Assembly (NCBI RefSeq): GCF_051861465.1
Contig: NZ_JBHYCQ010000007.1
Span: 140,321-204,320 of the forward strand
Direction of reading: 5' to 3'
DNA from: Methyloversatilis sp.
GTDB lineage: Bacteria; Pseudomonadota; Gammaproteobacteria; Burkholderiales; Rhodocyclaceae
Length of the DNA stretch: 64,000 nt
The translations under genes and the position numbers were made by a program. The notes beneath the pieces were generated by a model. It had not been told where the DNA came from. It saw only the letters and a program-made list of their open reading frames with translations, and ran no database searches. Positions within the stretch are counted from its first letter, which is position 1; each line of letters starts with the position of its first letter. Below, in pieces: positions 18,255 to 27,164 of the stretch.

Positions 18255-18517
18255 TGCGGATCGCTTCCGGAACAGGACGGCGCTCAGGCTATTCCTGCCC
18301 CACTTCGCATTTCCAGAGCCATTCTTTCCGATGTAACTCGGGATTTTCTGGAATCTTGCTGCCTTGCCCTGCCGCGCGCCGGGCATCGCGACCGTCGTAC
18401 ACCTGCAACGGGCGCGTCACCCCGCGAGGGCGTATGCCCCGACACCTGGCGCGGGGCCTCGCCCCCGGTTTCCCGGCGCGCGGTATGCTGCGCCGCACCC
18501 CGTCCTGACTGCCCGCC

Positions 18518-19120
18518 ATGAATCGCCTCTACCAATATTTCTTCCGCGGCCTGATCACCTTCCTGCCGGTGGCGCTCACCGTTTACGTGCTGGTGCTGTT
18601 CGTCACCTGGACCGAGCGGCTCGCGATGTCGATCATCCGGCCGATCATCGGCGACTTCTACCTGCCGGGACTGGGCATCGCCATCGGCGCGCTCATGATT
18701 CTGGCCCTCGGCGCGCTGGTGTCTCAGCGTTTCACCGGGCGCCTGCTGTCCTGGGTGGAATTGCCGTTCACCAATCTGCCGGTGGTGAAGAGCATCTATT
18801 CCTCGCTGAAGAACTTCGCCGACTACTTCGCTCCGCATCCGGAATCGGCGCAACAGGTGGTGCTGCTGCGGATGCCCGGCAACGAACTGGGCATCGCCGG
18901 TCTGGTGACCCGGCAGTCGATGGCCGGTCTGCCTGCCGGCCTGGGCGAACTGGAAGATCAGGTCGCGGTTTATCTGCCCATGGGCTACATGATCGGCGGC
19001 TACACCGTGTTCGTGCCGCGCGCCTGGGTGACGCAGGTGGACATGTCGGTCGAAGAGGCGATGCGCATGGCACTGATCGCCTACATGTCGTCGAACCGGG
19101 CAAAACCGGACGGACGATGA
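18518..19120 (+). CDS. DUF502-family membrane protein
   Basis: FFRGLITFLPVALT, PVVKSIYSS, VYLPMGYMIGG. Confidence 0.88.
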   Translation: MNRLYQYFFRGLITFLPVALTVYVLVLFVTWTERLAMSIIRPIIGDFYLPGLGIAIGALMILALGALVSQRFTGRLLSWVELPFTNLPVVKSIYSSLKNFADYFAPHPESAQQVVLLRMPGNELGIAGLVTRQSMAGLPAGLGELEDQVAVYLPMGYMIGGYTVFVPRAWVTQVDMSVEEAMRMALIAYMSSNRAKPDGR

Positions 19121-19269
19121 CCGGAATGGCGCGCACCGGCATCGTCTGTTCTGCCGGACTGCGCATGCGCCCGGCGCGGCGCGCGCCGTCAGACGTCGCC
19201 GACACGGGGCGGCGCACCGGCACGGATCGCAGTACCCTTTACGCACAACGACTCACGGGGAGAACTGCC

Positions 19270-19842
19270 ATGAATACTGCTCAACTTGTCACTGCGAGTC
19301 TGCTCGCGCTGTTGCTGGGCGCGTGCGGTCAACCGGCCGAACCCGAACCTGTCGCAGCGCCGCCGGCTGCGGCGACCGCTCCGACGACCGAAGTCAGCCC
19401 GGCGCCGGTCGCCGAAGTTACGGCGACGCCTGAGCCCGCCGCCGGGAACGTGGCGGAACCGATGGCCGCCGCGACCGCCCCCGTCGCTGAACCGGCACCC
19501 GCTGCGGCCGCGCCTGCTCCTGCCGCAGCCGCGCCGGCCGCAGCAACCGAGGTCGCCGCCATGGCCACCGGCGGTGATGTCGTGAAGGGCTGGAAGGCCT
19601 GGCGGGCGGCGGCGTGCGAACGCTGCCACGGCCCGGCGCAGGAAGGCATGGTCGGACCTTCATTGATCGCGTCGCTGAAGACACTGTCGAAAGACGACTT
19701 CAAGAAGGCCGTGCTCGAAGGGCGCATCGCGCTCGGCATGCCCGGTCACCCCTTCCTGGCCGACAAGATCGATGACCTGTATGCGTATCTGAAAGGTCGT
19801 TCGGACGGCAGCGTAGCGAACGTGCGACCGGACGGCGCCTGA
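19270..19842 (+). CDS. Lipoprotein class I cytochrome c with a long Ala/Pro linker
   Basis: Lipobox LLGAC; ~90-aa Ala/Pro/Glu linker; CERCH heme motif; distal GMP. Confidence 0.88.
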   Translation: MNTAQLVTASLLALLLGACGQPAEPEPVAAPPAAATAPTTEVSPAPVAEVTATPEPAAGNVAEPMAAATAPVAEPAPAAAAPAPAAAAPAAATEVAAMATGGDVVKGWKAWRAAACERCHGPAQEGMVGPSLIASLKTLSKDDFKKAVLEGRIALGMPGHPFLADKIDDLYAYLKGRSDGSVANVRPDGA

Positions 19843-19908
19843 CCGCCGCCTGACCCCTCTGTGGGAGGGGCCAGGCCGACTGCCTCGCCCGGATGGCGAA
19901 ACAGCGGA

Positions 19909-20547
19909 TCAACGCCGCGCTTCGGCCGGCTGCGCCCACCTGACCAGCCGGTGCAGCGCCGCTGCAGCCAGAAACGCCGCGATCAGGCTGATCAGCCCCC
20001 ACTTCAGCAGCACGCTGTAATGCCCCAAGGCAAACAACGCCTCGCCGGGGCCGTCGGCACCCGCTGCCAGAAACATCAGATGCGCCATGTTTTCGCTGAC
20101 ATCGGCGAGCCCGGCCAGCGGGGCCGCGAACGTGGCCGCCTGACCGACGCGGCGCGGCATGCCGCCGAGCGACGCTGCGGCGCGTGTGCAAAGCATCCAC
20201 AGGAAGATCGAGTACGCCGCCATGAAGGCGAAATCGGCCCACAGCGTCTGCCGCGCGGTTTTCAGGCGCGCCTCGGGCGGGCGCGCTTCGACGCGCTGCT
20301 GCGCCGCGTCCGGCGAACCGGCGGTCGCAGTACACCCTTGCTGCACGCGCTGCGCCGCGGTGTCTGCACACTGGGCGCCCCAGCTCCGGACGATCAGCCG
20401 GGCACAGTCGGCCGAGCCCGCGAACTGCAGGCTGAGCATGCCGTGCGGTGTGCACGACATCTGCAGGTTGCGGTTGGTGGCCAGCACGAAGGCGCCGGTC
20501 ACCGTCGTCAGCAGCAGCGCGGCGATCAGCCGCACGGCGCTGGTCAT
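19909..20547 (-). CDS. Hypothetical multi-TM membrane protein with a Cys-containing periplasmic loop
   Basis: ORF with 4-5 hydrophobic segments and a D..EN motif; start is uncertain. Confidence 0.65.
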   Translation of the reverse strand: MTSAVRLIAALLLTTVTGAFVLATNRNLQMSCTPHGMLSLQFAGSADCARLIVRSWGAQCADTAAQRVQQGCTATAGSPDAAQQRVEARPPEARLKTARQTLWADFAFMAAYSIFLWMLCTRAAASLGGMPRRVGQAATFAAPLAGLADVSENMAHLMFLAAGADGPGEALFALGHYSVLLKWGLISLIAAFLAAAALHRLVRWAQPAEARR

Positions 20548-20770
20548 GCCAGCCGCGCGTTCAGCGGCCCGTACGGGCGTTCCGGATGACATGTTCAGCC
20601 CTCATGGTTCGCGCGATCCAGGGCGTTCCCTGCTCCGCGCCTGATCGCAGCATTCACTGCCCGCACTTTGTGCGCAAGTGCCGGATCGGCAGAACCTGCG
20701 GCGCATCGGCCTGTCTGTGCCGCAGGCATGCAGGGTCTTTAGCCCTGACATGCAAACCGGAGGCGGCGCA

Positions 20771-21145
20771 ATGCTGAGCGAACTGATCGTGGCGGGTGTG
20801 GTGGGCGTGATGCTGTTCTTCACGGTGGCGGTCGCACCAGGCATCTTCAAGGTGTTGCCGCAGCAGTGGGCCAGTGTGTATGTGCGCAATTTCTTCCCGA
20901 AGTACTACGCCGTGCTCGGCGCCGCCTGCCTGATCGCCACCGTGATCGACGCGCCGCCGGCGGTGCGCATGGCGGCGGCCGTCAGCACCGCGCTGTTCGC
21001 CATTTCGCTGTGGGGCGTCACGCCGGCCGTGAATGCCGCCACCGACCGCGGCGACCGTCGCCGCTTCGGCCTGCTGCACGGCGTCAGCGTCGGGCTGAAC
21101 GTCATCATCCTGATCGCGCTGGTGTGGGCGCTCTGGGCCGCCTGA
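20771..21145 (+). CDS. DUF4149 (TMEM205-like) membrane protein
   Basis: FFTVAVAPGIFKVL, FFPKYY, RRFGLLHGVSV. Confidence 0.85.
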   Translation: MLSELIVAGVVGVMLFFTVAVAPGIFKVLPQQWASVYVRNFFPKYYAVLGAACLIATVIDAPPAVRMAAAVSTALFAISLWGVTPAVNAATDRGDRRRFGLLHGVSVGLNVIILIALVWALWAA

Positions 21146-21275
21146 TAGGTGGTGGTTATCGGGTCATCGAAACTTGGTATTTCACAGCCTTCGCGGCACT
21201 TCGGATACTCGTTCCGATGACCCGCGCAGTCTCCCGGTTCGGGTCGTCACCGCCCGTCAACCAAGGAGTCACCCG

Positions 21276-21575
21276 ATGAATACGCTCAAAGAGACGCTGC
21301 GCAGCGCGTCGCTCACCCTGCTGTTGTCGATCGCCGCCGGCACCGTTCAGGCCGGCCCGGACGAGACATCCGTCTACTTCATGGATTTCTCCGGAAAGAT
21401 GCGCACGATGGAGGTCATGAAGAAGATGGACAGCGATGGCGACAAGATGGTCAGCAAGGCCGAATTCATGAAAACGATGGAAATGAGCTTCGGCAAGATG
21501 GACAAGAACGGCGACGGCATGCTCGACGCGAAGGAATGGATGGGCGAAAAGCATTACGGCGGCGGCAACGGCTGA
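21276..21575 (+). CDS. Secreted Met-rich EF-hand protein (99 aa)
   Basis: AAGGAG RBS; Sec signal ending VQA; loops DSDGDKMVSKAE and DKNGDGMLDAKE. Confidence 0.88.
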   Translation: MNTLKETLRSASLTLLLSIAAGTVQAGPDETSVYFMDFSGKMRTMEVMKKMDSDGDKMVSKAEFMKTMEMSFGKMDKNGDGMLDAKEWMGEKHYGGGNG

Positions 21576-21600
21576 TCGGTTGGCCAGACTTTCCCGCGAT

Positions 21601-21631
21601 CACCCCGCCCGGCTAACCGCCGGGCGGGGTG
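21601..21631. terminator. Perfect 13-bp hairpin between convergent genes
   Basis: CACCCCGCCCGGC-TAACC-GCCGGGCGGGGTG. Confidence 0.65.
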
Positions 21632-22221
21632 GTCACGAGACCGGCGTGCGTCGCCGAGACGCGCAAGGGCTGGACGCAGGGCAGCCGGACGATGCGCATG
21701 CGCCCCGGGCGACTCACGATGATCGCCGCAACACGCGCACCGGCCGCGGGCACGGCACCGCGGCAGCCTCTGCGCCACCAGTCGTAGATCCGGACCACAT
21801 CCCAGTCCGAACGGAAATGCAGCAGCTTCACGGGCAGGCTGCGCCGCGTTATGGGTGCGGCCGTCATGTCGGCGAGCGCGGCTTCCAGCCGAACCAGTTC
21901 GCCCAGCCAGGGCAGCGACTGCAGCGACTGCTGCTGCGCGAACCCGCCGCCGGACACGATCTGTTCGGCCTGCCGCAGCGTGATGACACCACGACGTTCG
22001 ACGACCAGGCGCCGCACCAGCGCTCGGAAACATCGGCGGCCGAGCATGTCGGCACTGCACGGAAAACGCCGGCGCAATGCGTCGGTGATCCGATGCTCGA
22101 GTGCCCGCCAGTAGCGCGCGAGCAGCGCATCGGTCAGCCCGGCGTCCGCTTCGATGCCCAGCGACCGCGCCGCCACGGCCCGCCGCAGCCCTTCCAGTCC
22201 GTTGTCGGCGGTGCGCGTCAT
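21613..22221 (-). CDS. DUF2063 (HvfC/BufC-like) domain protein, divergent
   Basis: Y......I.DAL...FP.....LG...F..L.R and WLGELVRLE.A patterns. Confidence 0.55.
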   Translation of the reverse strand: MTRTADNGLEGLRRAVAARSLGIEADAGLTDALLARYWRALEHRITDALRRRFPCSADMLGRRCFRALVRRLVVERRGVITLRQAEQIVSGGGFAQQQSLQSLPWLGELVRLEAALADMTAAPITRRSLPVKLLHFRSDWDVVRIYDWWRRGCRGAVPAAGARVAAIIVSRPGRMRIVRLPCVQPLRVSATHAGLVTTPPGG

Positions 22222-22431
22222 CGTGTGCCGCCCGCGCCGGGGTGGCGATCGGCGTGCCGCGCCGCTGCGCAGGCCGTCAAACTGTCAAGGTGGATGGGCA
22301 TACTGTGCGAGGGGCATTCCGCAACGACACACCGGTCATTGTCGTCAGCCCGTGCCGCCCCCGGAAATGACAAGTTTTCATCGGGCGATAAACCATGCTT
22401 ATCGCCCGAAGGCCCTCTTCAGGAGTGAAAC

Positions 22432-23343
22432 GTGGAGCTTTATCAGATCCGCTACTGCCTCGCCGTGGCCGAAACCTTGAACTTCACGCGCGCGGCAGAA
22501 CGCTGCTTCGTGTCGCAACCGGCACTCACCAAGGCCATACAGAAGCTGGAAGACGCATTGGGCGGACTGTTGTTCGACCGCAGCAAGGTGGCGGTCAGCC
22601 TGACGGATTTCGGGCGCTCGATGCTGCCCAGCCTGCAGCAGATCTATGCCGCGACCAGCCAGACGCGCGAGCTGGCACGCCGCCTGCAGCAGGATCGCTC
22701 GGAAGTGGTGCGCGTCGGCATCATCTGCACGATAGATCTGAACGCCATCTTCCCGGCCTTCCTCGCGTTCCAGCAGGCCTTCCCCAAGGCCGACATCGAG
22801 TTCCGCGAAGGTTCGATGGAGGCGCTGATCGACGCGCTCGACAAGGGCGACATCGATGTCGCGCTGCTCGCGTCACCGTTTGCCATCGCCCGGCGCTTCA
22901 GCGGACCGGTGCTGTACACGGAGGATTTCGTGGTGGCGCACGGGCCGGCGCACCGCTTCGGCCAGCGGGCTGCCCTGTCGCTCACCGATCTGCAGGACGA
23001 GGCCTACTGCCAGCGCAGCCTGTGCGAGTACAGCCTCTACATCGAGCGCGTGATGGCCGAACGTGGCGTCGACGTGAAGGTCGTGCAGCAGACACCGCGC
23101 GAAGACTGGGTGCAGACCATGGTCCGGGCCGGTGTCGGCATCGCCTTCATGGCCGAATCGACCGCGGTCTCGGGCGGCCTGTCATTCACGCACGTGCCGG
23201 ACGCGCGGTTCGTGCGCGAAGTGCGCGCCATGGTGTTGAGCGACCGCCCGCACTCCGGCGCCGTCGGGCAGTTGCTCGCCTTCCTGCCCGGGTTCGACTG
23301 GTCGCGCATCCCCTGCCTGAAAAAGTCCGACGCGACGGGCTGA
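22432..23343 (+). CDS. LysR-family transcriptional regulator
   Basis: LNFTRAAERCFVSQPALTKAIQKLE HTH. Confidence 0.95.
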   Translation: MELYQIRYCLAVAETLNFTRAAERCFVSQPALTKAIQKLEDALGGLLFDRSKVAVSLTDFGRSMLPSLQQIYAATSQTRELARRLQQDRSEVVRVGIICTIDLNAIFPAFLAFQQAFPKADIEFREGSMEALIDALDKGDIDVALLASPFAIARRFSGPVLYTEDFVVAHGPAHRFGQRAALSLTDLQDEAYCQRSLCEYSLYIERVMAERGVDVKVVQQTPREDWVQTMVRAGVGIAFMAESTAVSGGLSFTHVPDARFVREVRAMVLSDRPHSGAVGQLLAFLPGFDWSRIPCLKKSDATG

Positions 23344-23378
23344 ACGCCCAAGGCCGCCCCATACCCACCAATCGGCGA

Positions 23379-24758
23379 TCAGTCGAGTTGCAGCAGGCGG
23401 CCGAAGGGCACGTGCGCGCGCCGCGCGGCTTCCGGTACCGCCCACAGCACGGGCCAGCGCGGCCGGAAGCGCGCCGGGCCGTCGAGGTCGGTCAGCACGA
23501 CGGCGATGTCCGGCCGATGACGATCGGCTTCTTCGAGCAGCGGCGTGAAGTCGGTGCCGCCCCCCCCTGTGAAGGTGAGCCCCCCCAGATCGGCGCGCCC
23601 GGCGGCGAACTGTTCGACGCGCTGCACCCGGTCGTCACCGATGATGAGTATCAGCCCGGCTTCGAGCCGGCGGCTGATGGCTTCGATCTCGCGCGTGAAG
23701 CGGGCCATCAGCGCGTCGTCGATCGAGCCGGACACATCGACGATCAGCGCCAGCCGCGGCACGGTCTTCGCCGCGCTGAAGCCCGGTTCCCACGGCATGC
23801 GGTGGCGCGGGCCGGCGCGGCCCTGATTGGCGATATAGGAACGCGACGGCCGCGACCACGACAGGTCGCGCTTCGGCGACAGGCTGCGCGCGAGCTGGGT
23901 GCGCAGCACCTGTTCCCACGGCGTGCGGCTGCGCGGCAGATCGGCGATCAACGTGCGCAGCATCGAATGCGCGCCATCGTTGGCGTGGCCGCGGATCAGC
24001 CGCTCGCTCCACTCGCGCGCCTGCTCCGCTTCCGCCTCCGGCGGGCCGCGCGTGTCGGGGCCGGGCACCAGGTCGCGTTCCGATTCGCAGCCGAGCACCC
24101 TGACCCGGCCCGACTTCGGGCCATCGGGTCGCGCAACGGCCTGCGTGCCGTCGGCCTGCGGCGTGGGGGTGGTCGCACCGCCCGCCGTATCGGCGTCCTG
24201 GCCACCGTGCTGGCGCGGCGTACGGCTGCGCCCGCCCGATGGCGGCGGCCGGCGATCGTCGATGGCGCGGTACAGGCGTTCGACATCCCATTCCAGCAGC
24301 GATTTCTCGACCGGCTGGTCGATGCCCAGCACGGTCGTCAGCAGGCGGTCGAGCTGCACGGCAGTGGCCGGCTGACGCAGCCATTCGAGGTGGGACAGCG
24401 CGCTGTTGATCAGCGCGTCGGCACACAGATTGAACAGCTGCAGGTCGGCGTCGCCCAGCACCTGCTGCAGTTCGACGAAGCGCTGCGGGTGGCGCAGCGC
24501 GATGTGCAGCACCTCGTGCGCCACGCGAGCGGCCTGTTCCTCGATCGGCAGTCGCTCGAAGGCGGCGCTGTAGCAGATGGTGTGGCCGTCGGTGGTGAGC
24601 GGCGCCGGCGTGATGTCGGCGTCGGCCGGCAGATCGCGATGGCGCACCCACAGCGCCAGCCCGCCGGTGGCCGGGGCGAATTCGACCATGCGCTGCACCG
24701 CGCGCGTGCCGCGATGGATGTACAGCGAGTGGCTCGCCGACGGGGTGCCGTCAGGCAT
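23379..24758 (-). CDS. DUF2201 putative metallopeptidase plus vWA domain protein
   Basis: AHEVLH (HExxH); MIDAS DVSGS; GGGGTDF; VLTD. Confidence 0.9.
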   Translation of the reverse strand: MPDGTPSASHSLYIHRGTRAVQRMVEFAPATGGLALWVRHRDLPADADITPAPLTTDGHTICYSAAFERLPIEEQAARVAHEVLHIALRHPQRFVELQQVLGDADLQLFNLCADALINSALSHLEWLRQPATAVQLDRLLTTVLGIDQPVEKSLLEWDVERLYRAIDDRRPPPSGGRSRTPRQHGGQDADTAGGATTPTPQADGTQAVARPDGPKSGRVRVLGCESERDLVPGPDTRGPPEAEAEQAREWSERLIRGHANDGAHSMLRTLIADLPRSRTPWEQVLRTQLARSLSPKRDLSWSRPSRSYIANQGRAGPRHRMPWEPGFSAAKTVPRLALIVDVSGSIDDALMARFTREIEAISRRLEAGLILIIGDDRVQRVEQFAAGRADLGGLTFTGGGGTDFTPLLEEADRHRPDIAVVLTDLDGPARFRPRWPVLWAVPEAARRAHVPFGRLLQLD

Positions 24759-25848
24759 CGCGGCGCTGGTCGACGTAGCGCAGGTAGGCCGGGCTGTCGA
24801 GAATGGCTGCCGCCAGATCGCCTTCCAGCGCCTTCTGCATCAGCAGTTCCATCGCCAGCGTCTGCGCCTCGCGGATCGGCAGCGGCACCGTGCCCCGGAT
24901 GTCCGGCAGCTGGTCGATGATGTCGAGCCCGCGCGTCATGCGCGGCGCATCGGTACAGGCGGCGAGCAAACCGTAGATCAGGCCGTACAGGCCGTCGAGC
25001 GTCTGCGGCAGCAAGGCGGCGGTGGCCGGGCCGCGCGGCGTGTCGAGCAGGCGCATCACGTCGGCACCGGCCCGCAGTTCGCGCAGCACGCCGAAGAATT
25101 CGGCCGCGTTGGCCGCGCCGATGCGGCCCTGCACGAACAGCCGCTGCGCCGCTTCGGACACGCCCGACTTCAGCACATTCGAAATGTCTTCCCAGCCGCG
25201 CGGGCTGGCGCCGATCAGGTAGTCGTTCGCAAGCTGGGCCTGCGTGTCGTCGAGCTTGTCCGGCCGCACCTTCAGATAGGCCATCACCTCCGGCGCGAAA
25301 CCCATGGCCAGCGCGTGCGACAGGAAGGCGTCGATCACCGTCTGCACGTTGAAGTGAAACATGCGGTCGGCCAGTGCGGTGCCCATGTCATGGCACACGG
25401 CGCCGTGAAAGCTCGCATTGCCGGCGGCGATCACCTGCCAGCCATCGGGCAGCCGGTAGTTGCCGACGCGCCGGTCGAGAATGAGCGAATAGGCGGAAAT
25501 CTGCAGCCGCTGGTCGGCCGCGGTCAGCTCGTCGAGAAACAGGATGCCGTCGGGCGCGTCGGCGGCGGGCAGGAACTCGGGCGGAAACCACACCGTCTTG
25601 CCCTGCACCTCGTCGGCATAGATGGCGCCGCGGATATCCACCGGTTCGATCGTGGTCAGACGCAGATCAACCAGCGGCACGCCGTAGTGCGCCGCCACCT
25701 GACGCACCACCGACGACTTGCCGACGCCGCGCGAGCCCCACAGCATGGTCGCGCGCCGGCGCAGCACCGGGTCGGCGAACTGTTCGATCAGCGCCGCCCT
25801 GGCGGCGGCCACCGACACCGGCGGAATGTTCATCGGATTGGCAGACAT
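24751..25848 (-). CDS. MoxR-like AAA+ ATPase
   Basis: Walker A GSRGVGKS, Walker B ILFLDE, ALADRMFH; its stop overlaps the next start by 8 bp. Confidence 0.92.
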   Translation of the reverse strand: MSANPMNIPPVSVAAARAALIEQFADPVLRRRATMLWGSRGVGKSSVVRQVAAHYGVPLVDLRLTTIEPVDIRGAIYADEVQGKTVWFPPEFLPAADAPDGILFLDELTAADQRLQISAYSLILDRRVGNYRLPDGWQVIAAGNASFHGAVCHDMGTALADRMFHFNVQTVIDAFLSHALAMGFAPEVMAYLKVRPDKLDDTQAQLANDYLIGASPRGWEDISNVLKSGVSEAAQRLFVQGRIGAANAAEFFGVLRELRAGADVMRLLDTPRGPATAALLPQTLDGLYGLIYGLLAACTDAPRMTRGLDIIDQLPDIRGTVPLPIREAQTLAMELLMQKALEGDLAAAILDSPAYLRYVDQRRDA

Positions 25849-25889
25849 CGAACCTCGCGTGTGAATTGAATGGCCGGGCTGCTGACGGA

Positions 25890-26903
25890 TCAGCCCGTTT
25901 GCAGCGTCGGTGCGCCCGTATCAGGCAATGGCGCACGCCAGGCCGCAGCACTCAGACGGCGCGGCAGCGGCGGCAGTTCGATGCGCGGCATTTCGCGCAT
26001 GCTGAAAAACAGCACCAGCAGCAGCGGCGGCGAATTGAACAGCAGCATGTGGATGACCGAATCTTCCGAAATGCCGAAATACGGTACCGCTGCAGCCGCG
26101 AGGATCAGGCCGATGCAGGTCGCCACCGGAATCGTGCGGCGCAGGAACACGCCCCAGCGCGCCGCGCGCCAGTCGGCATGGAAGGCATCGGGCGGTCGCG
26201 ACAGCGTGCGGTCGAGATGGGCGACGGTCTGGTCAAGCTTGCGTTCGGCATCGGCGCTGCGCGCCACCCCCCGTCCGCGCAGGCGCACCGTGCCGCGCCA
26301 GCCGCCCTCGTCGGTCAGGCTGCGGCGAAAGCAGTCCCAGTCGCGGCCGAGCACTGCCAGCAGATCATCCGGCAGCTCGACCGTGCCCTCGCCACCCTCG
26401 ACCAGTTTCAGTTCGGCCGGCACGCCCTTGACCGACGACACCTCCATCGTCAGCAAGATGCCTGCACCGCGCGCATCGGCGTCGGTCAGCACCGGCGCGT
26501 CGACGGCCGTGTCGTCGCGCCACAGCCCGTCACCGCCGCCCAGCCGGTACGACAACCCGATGACGAAACATCCGATCGTGCGGAACTGCCGCTGCACGTC
26601 GATCGCCTCGACGCGCGCCAGCAGCTCGCCCGGCGGCGCACCCTCCGCGACCAGCCGGGCCGCCACGCCCGACGCATGCGTGAGCGTACGGGTCAGCCGG
26701 TAGCGATCGGCCGCCGGCTGGTCGAGCTGCAGCACCTCGACCAGCGACGCACCGCCCGGCGCCTCGGCGCCATGCGTGACCGGCCGGAACACCAACTGCC
26801 GCCTGAGCCGGTCGCTCGCCGGCAGATCGACCGGCCGCCCGCGCCGGACGAAGGGTTCGACCAGCGCGAGGATGTCGTGGTGGGACAGCGGTGCCGTCGT
26901 CAT
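25890..26903 (-). CDS. Hypothetical protein with two C-terminal TM helices
   Basis: Starts MTTAPLSHHDIL; first gene of the apparent three-gene operon. Confidence 0.75.
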   Translation of the reverse strand: MTTAPLSHHDILALVEPFVRRGRPVDLPASDRLRRQLVFRPVTHGAEAPGGASLVEVLQLDQPAADRYRLTRTLTHASGVAARLVAEGAPPGELLARVEAIDVQRQFRTIGCFVIGLSYRLGGGDGLWRDDTAVDAPVLTDADARGAGILLTMEVSSVKGVPAELKLVEGGEGTVELPDDLLAVLGRDWDCFRRSLTDEGGWRGTVRLRGRGVARSADAERKLDQTVAHLDRTLSRPPDAFHADWRAARWGVFLRRTIPVATCIGLILAAAAVPYFGISEDSVIHMLLFNSPPLLLVLFFSMREMPRIELPPLPRRLSAAAWRAPLPDTGAPTLQTG

Positions 26904-27164
26904 CGCGCCGCCTTCAGGTGCAAACCTCCGAATCGCCTCATGCGTGCCGCGCTCCGCTCGAATTGACTGCCCGGCGCAGTGTAGCGCAGCGAAAAAGCCC
27001 CGCATGCTGCAGCGCCGCGGGCCGGTGCGCCCCACTGTGGTCCGGTCGGCTGTCGCGCGACACTGGCCACGGCATGACCGCATGCGGGCAGTCATCCCCC
27101 GGCGGCATCAGCTTGACGATGTAGTATTCCACCCGGTTTTCTCACCGAACACGAAAGGACATAA

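Noticed and set aside
21276-21575. Calling the EF-hand protein lanmodulin
   Set aside because: It has two hands rather than four and no Pro at loop position 2; kept only as a hypothesis.
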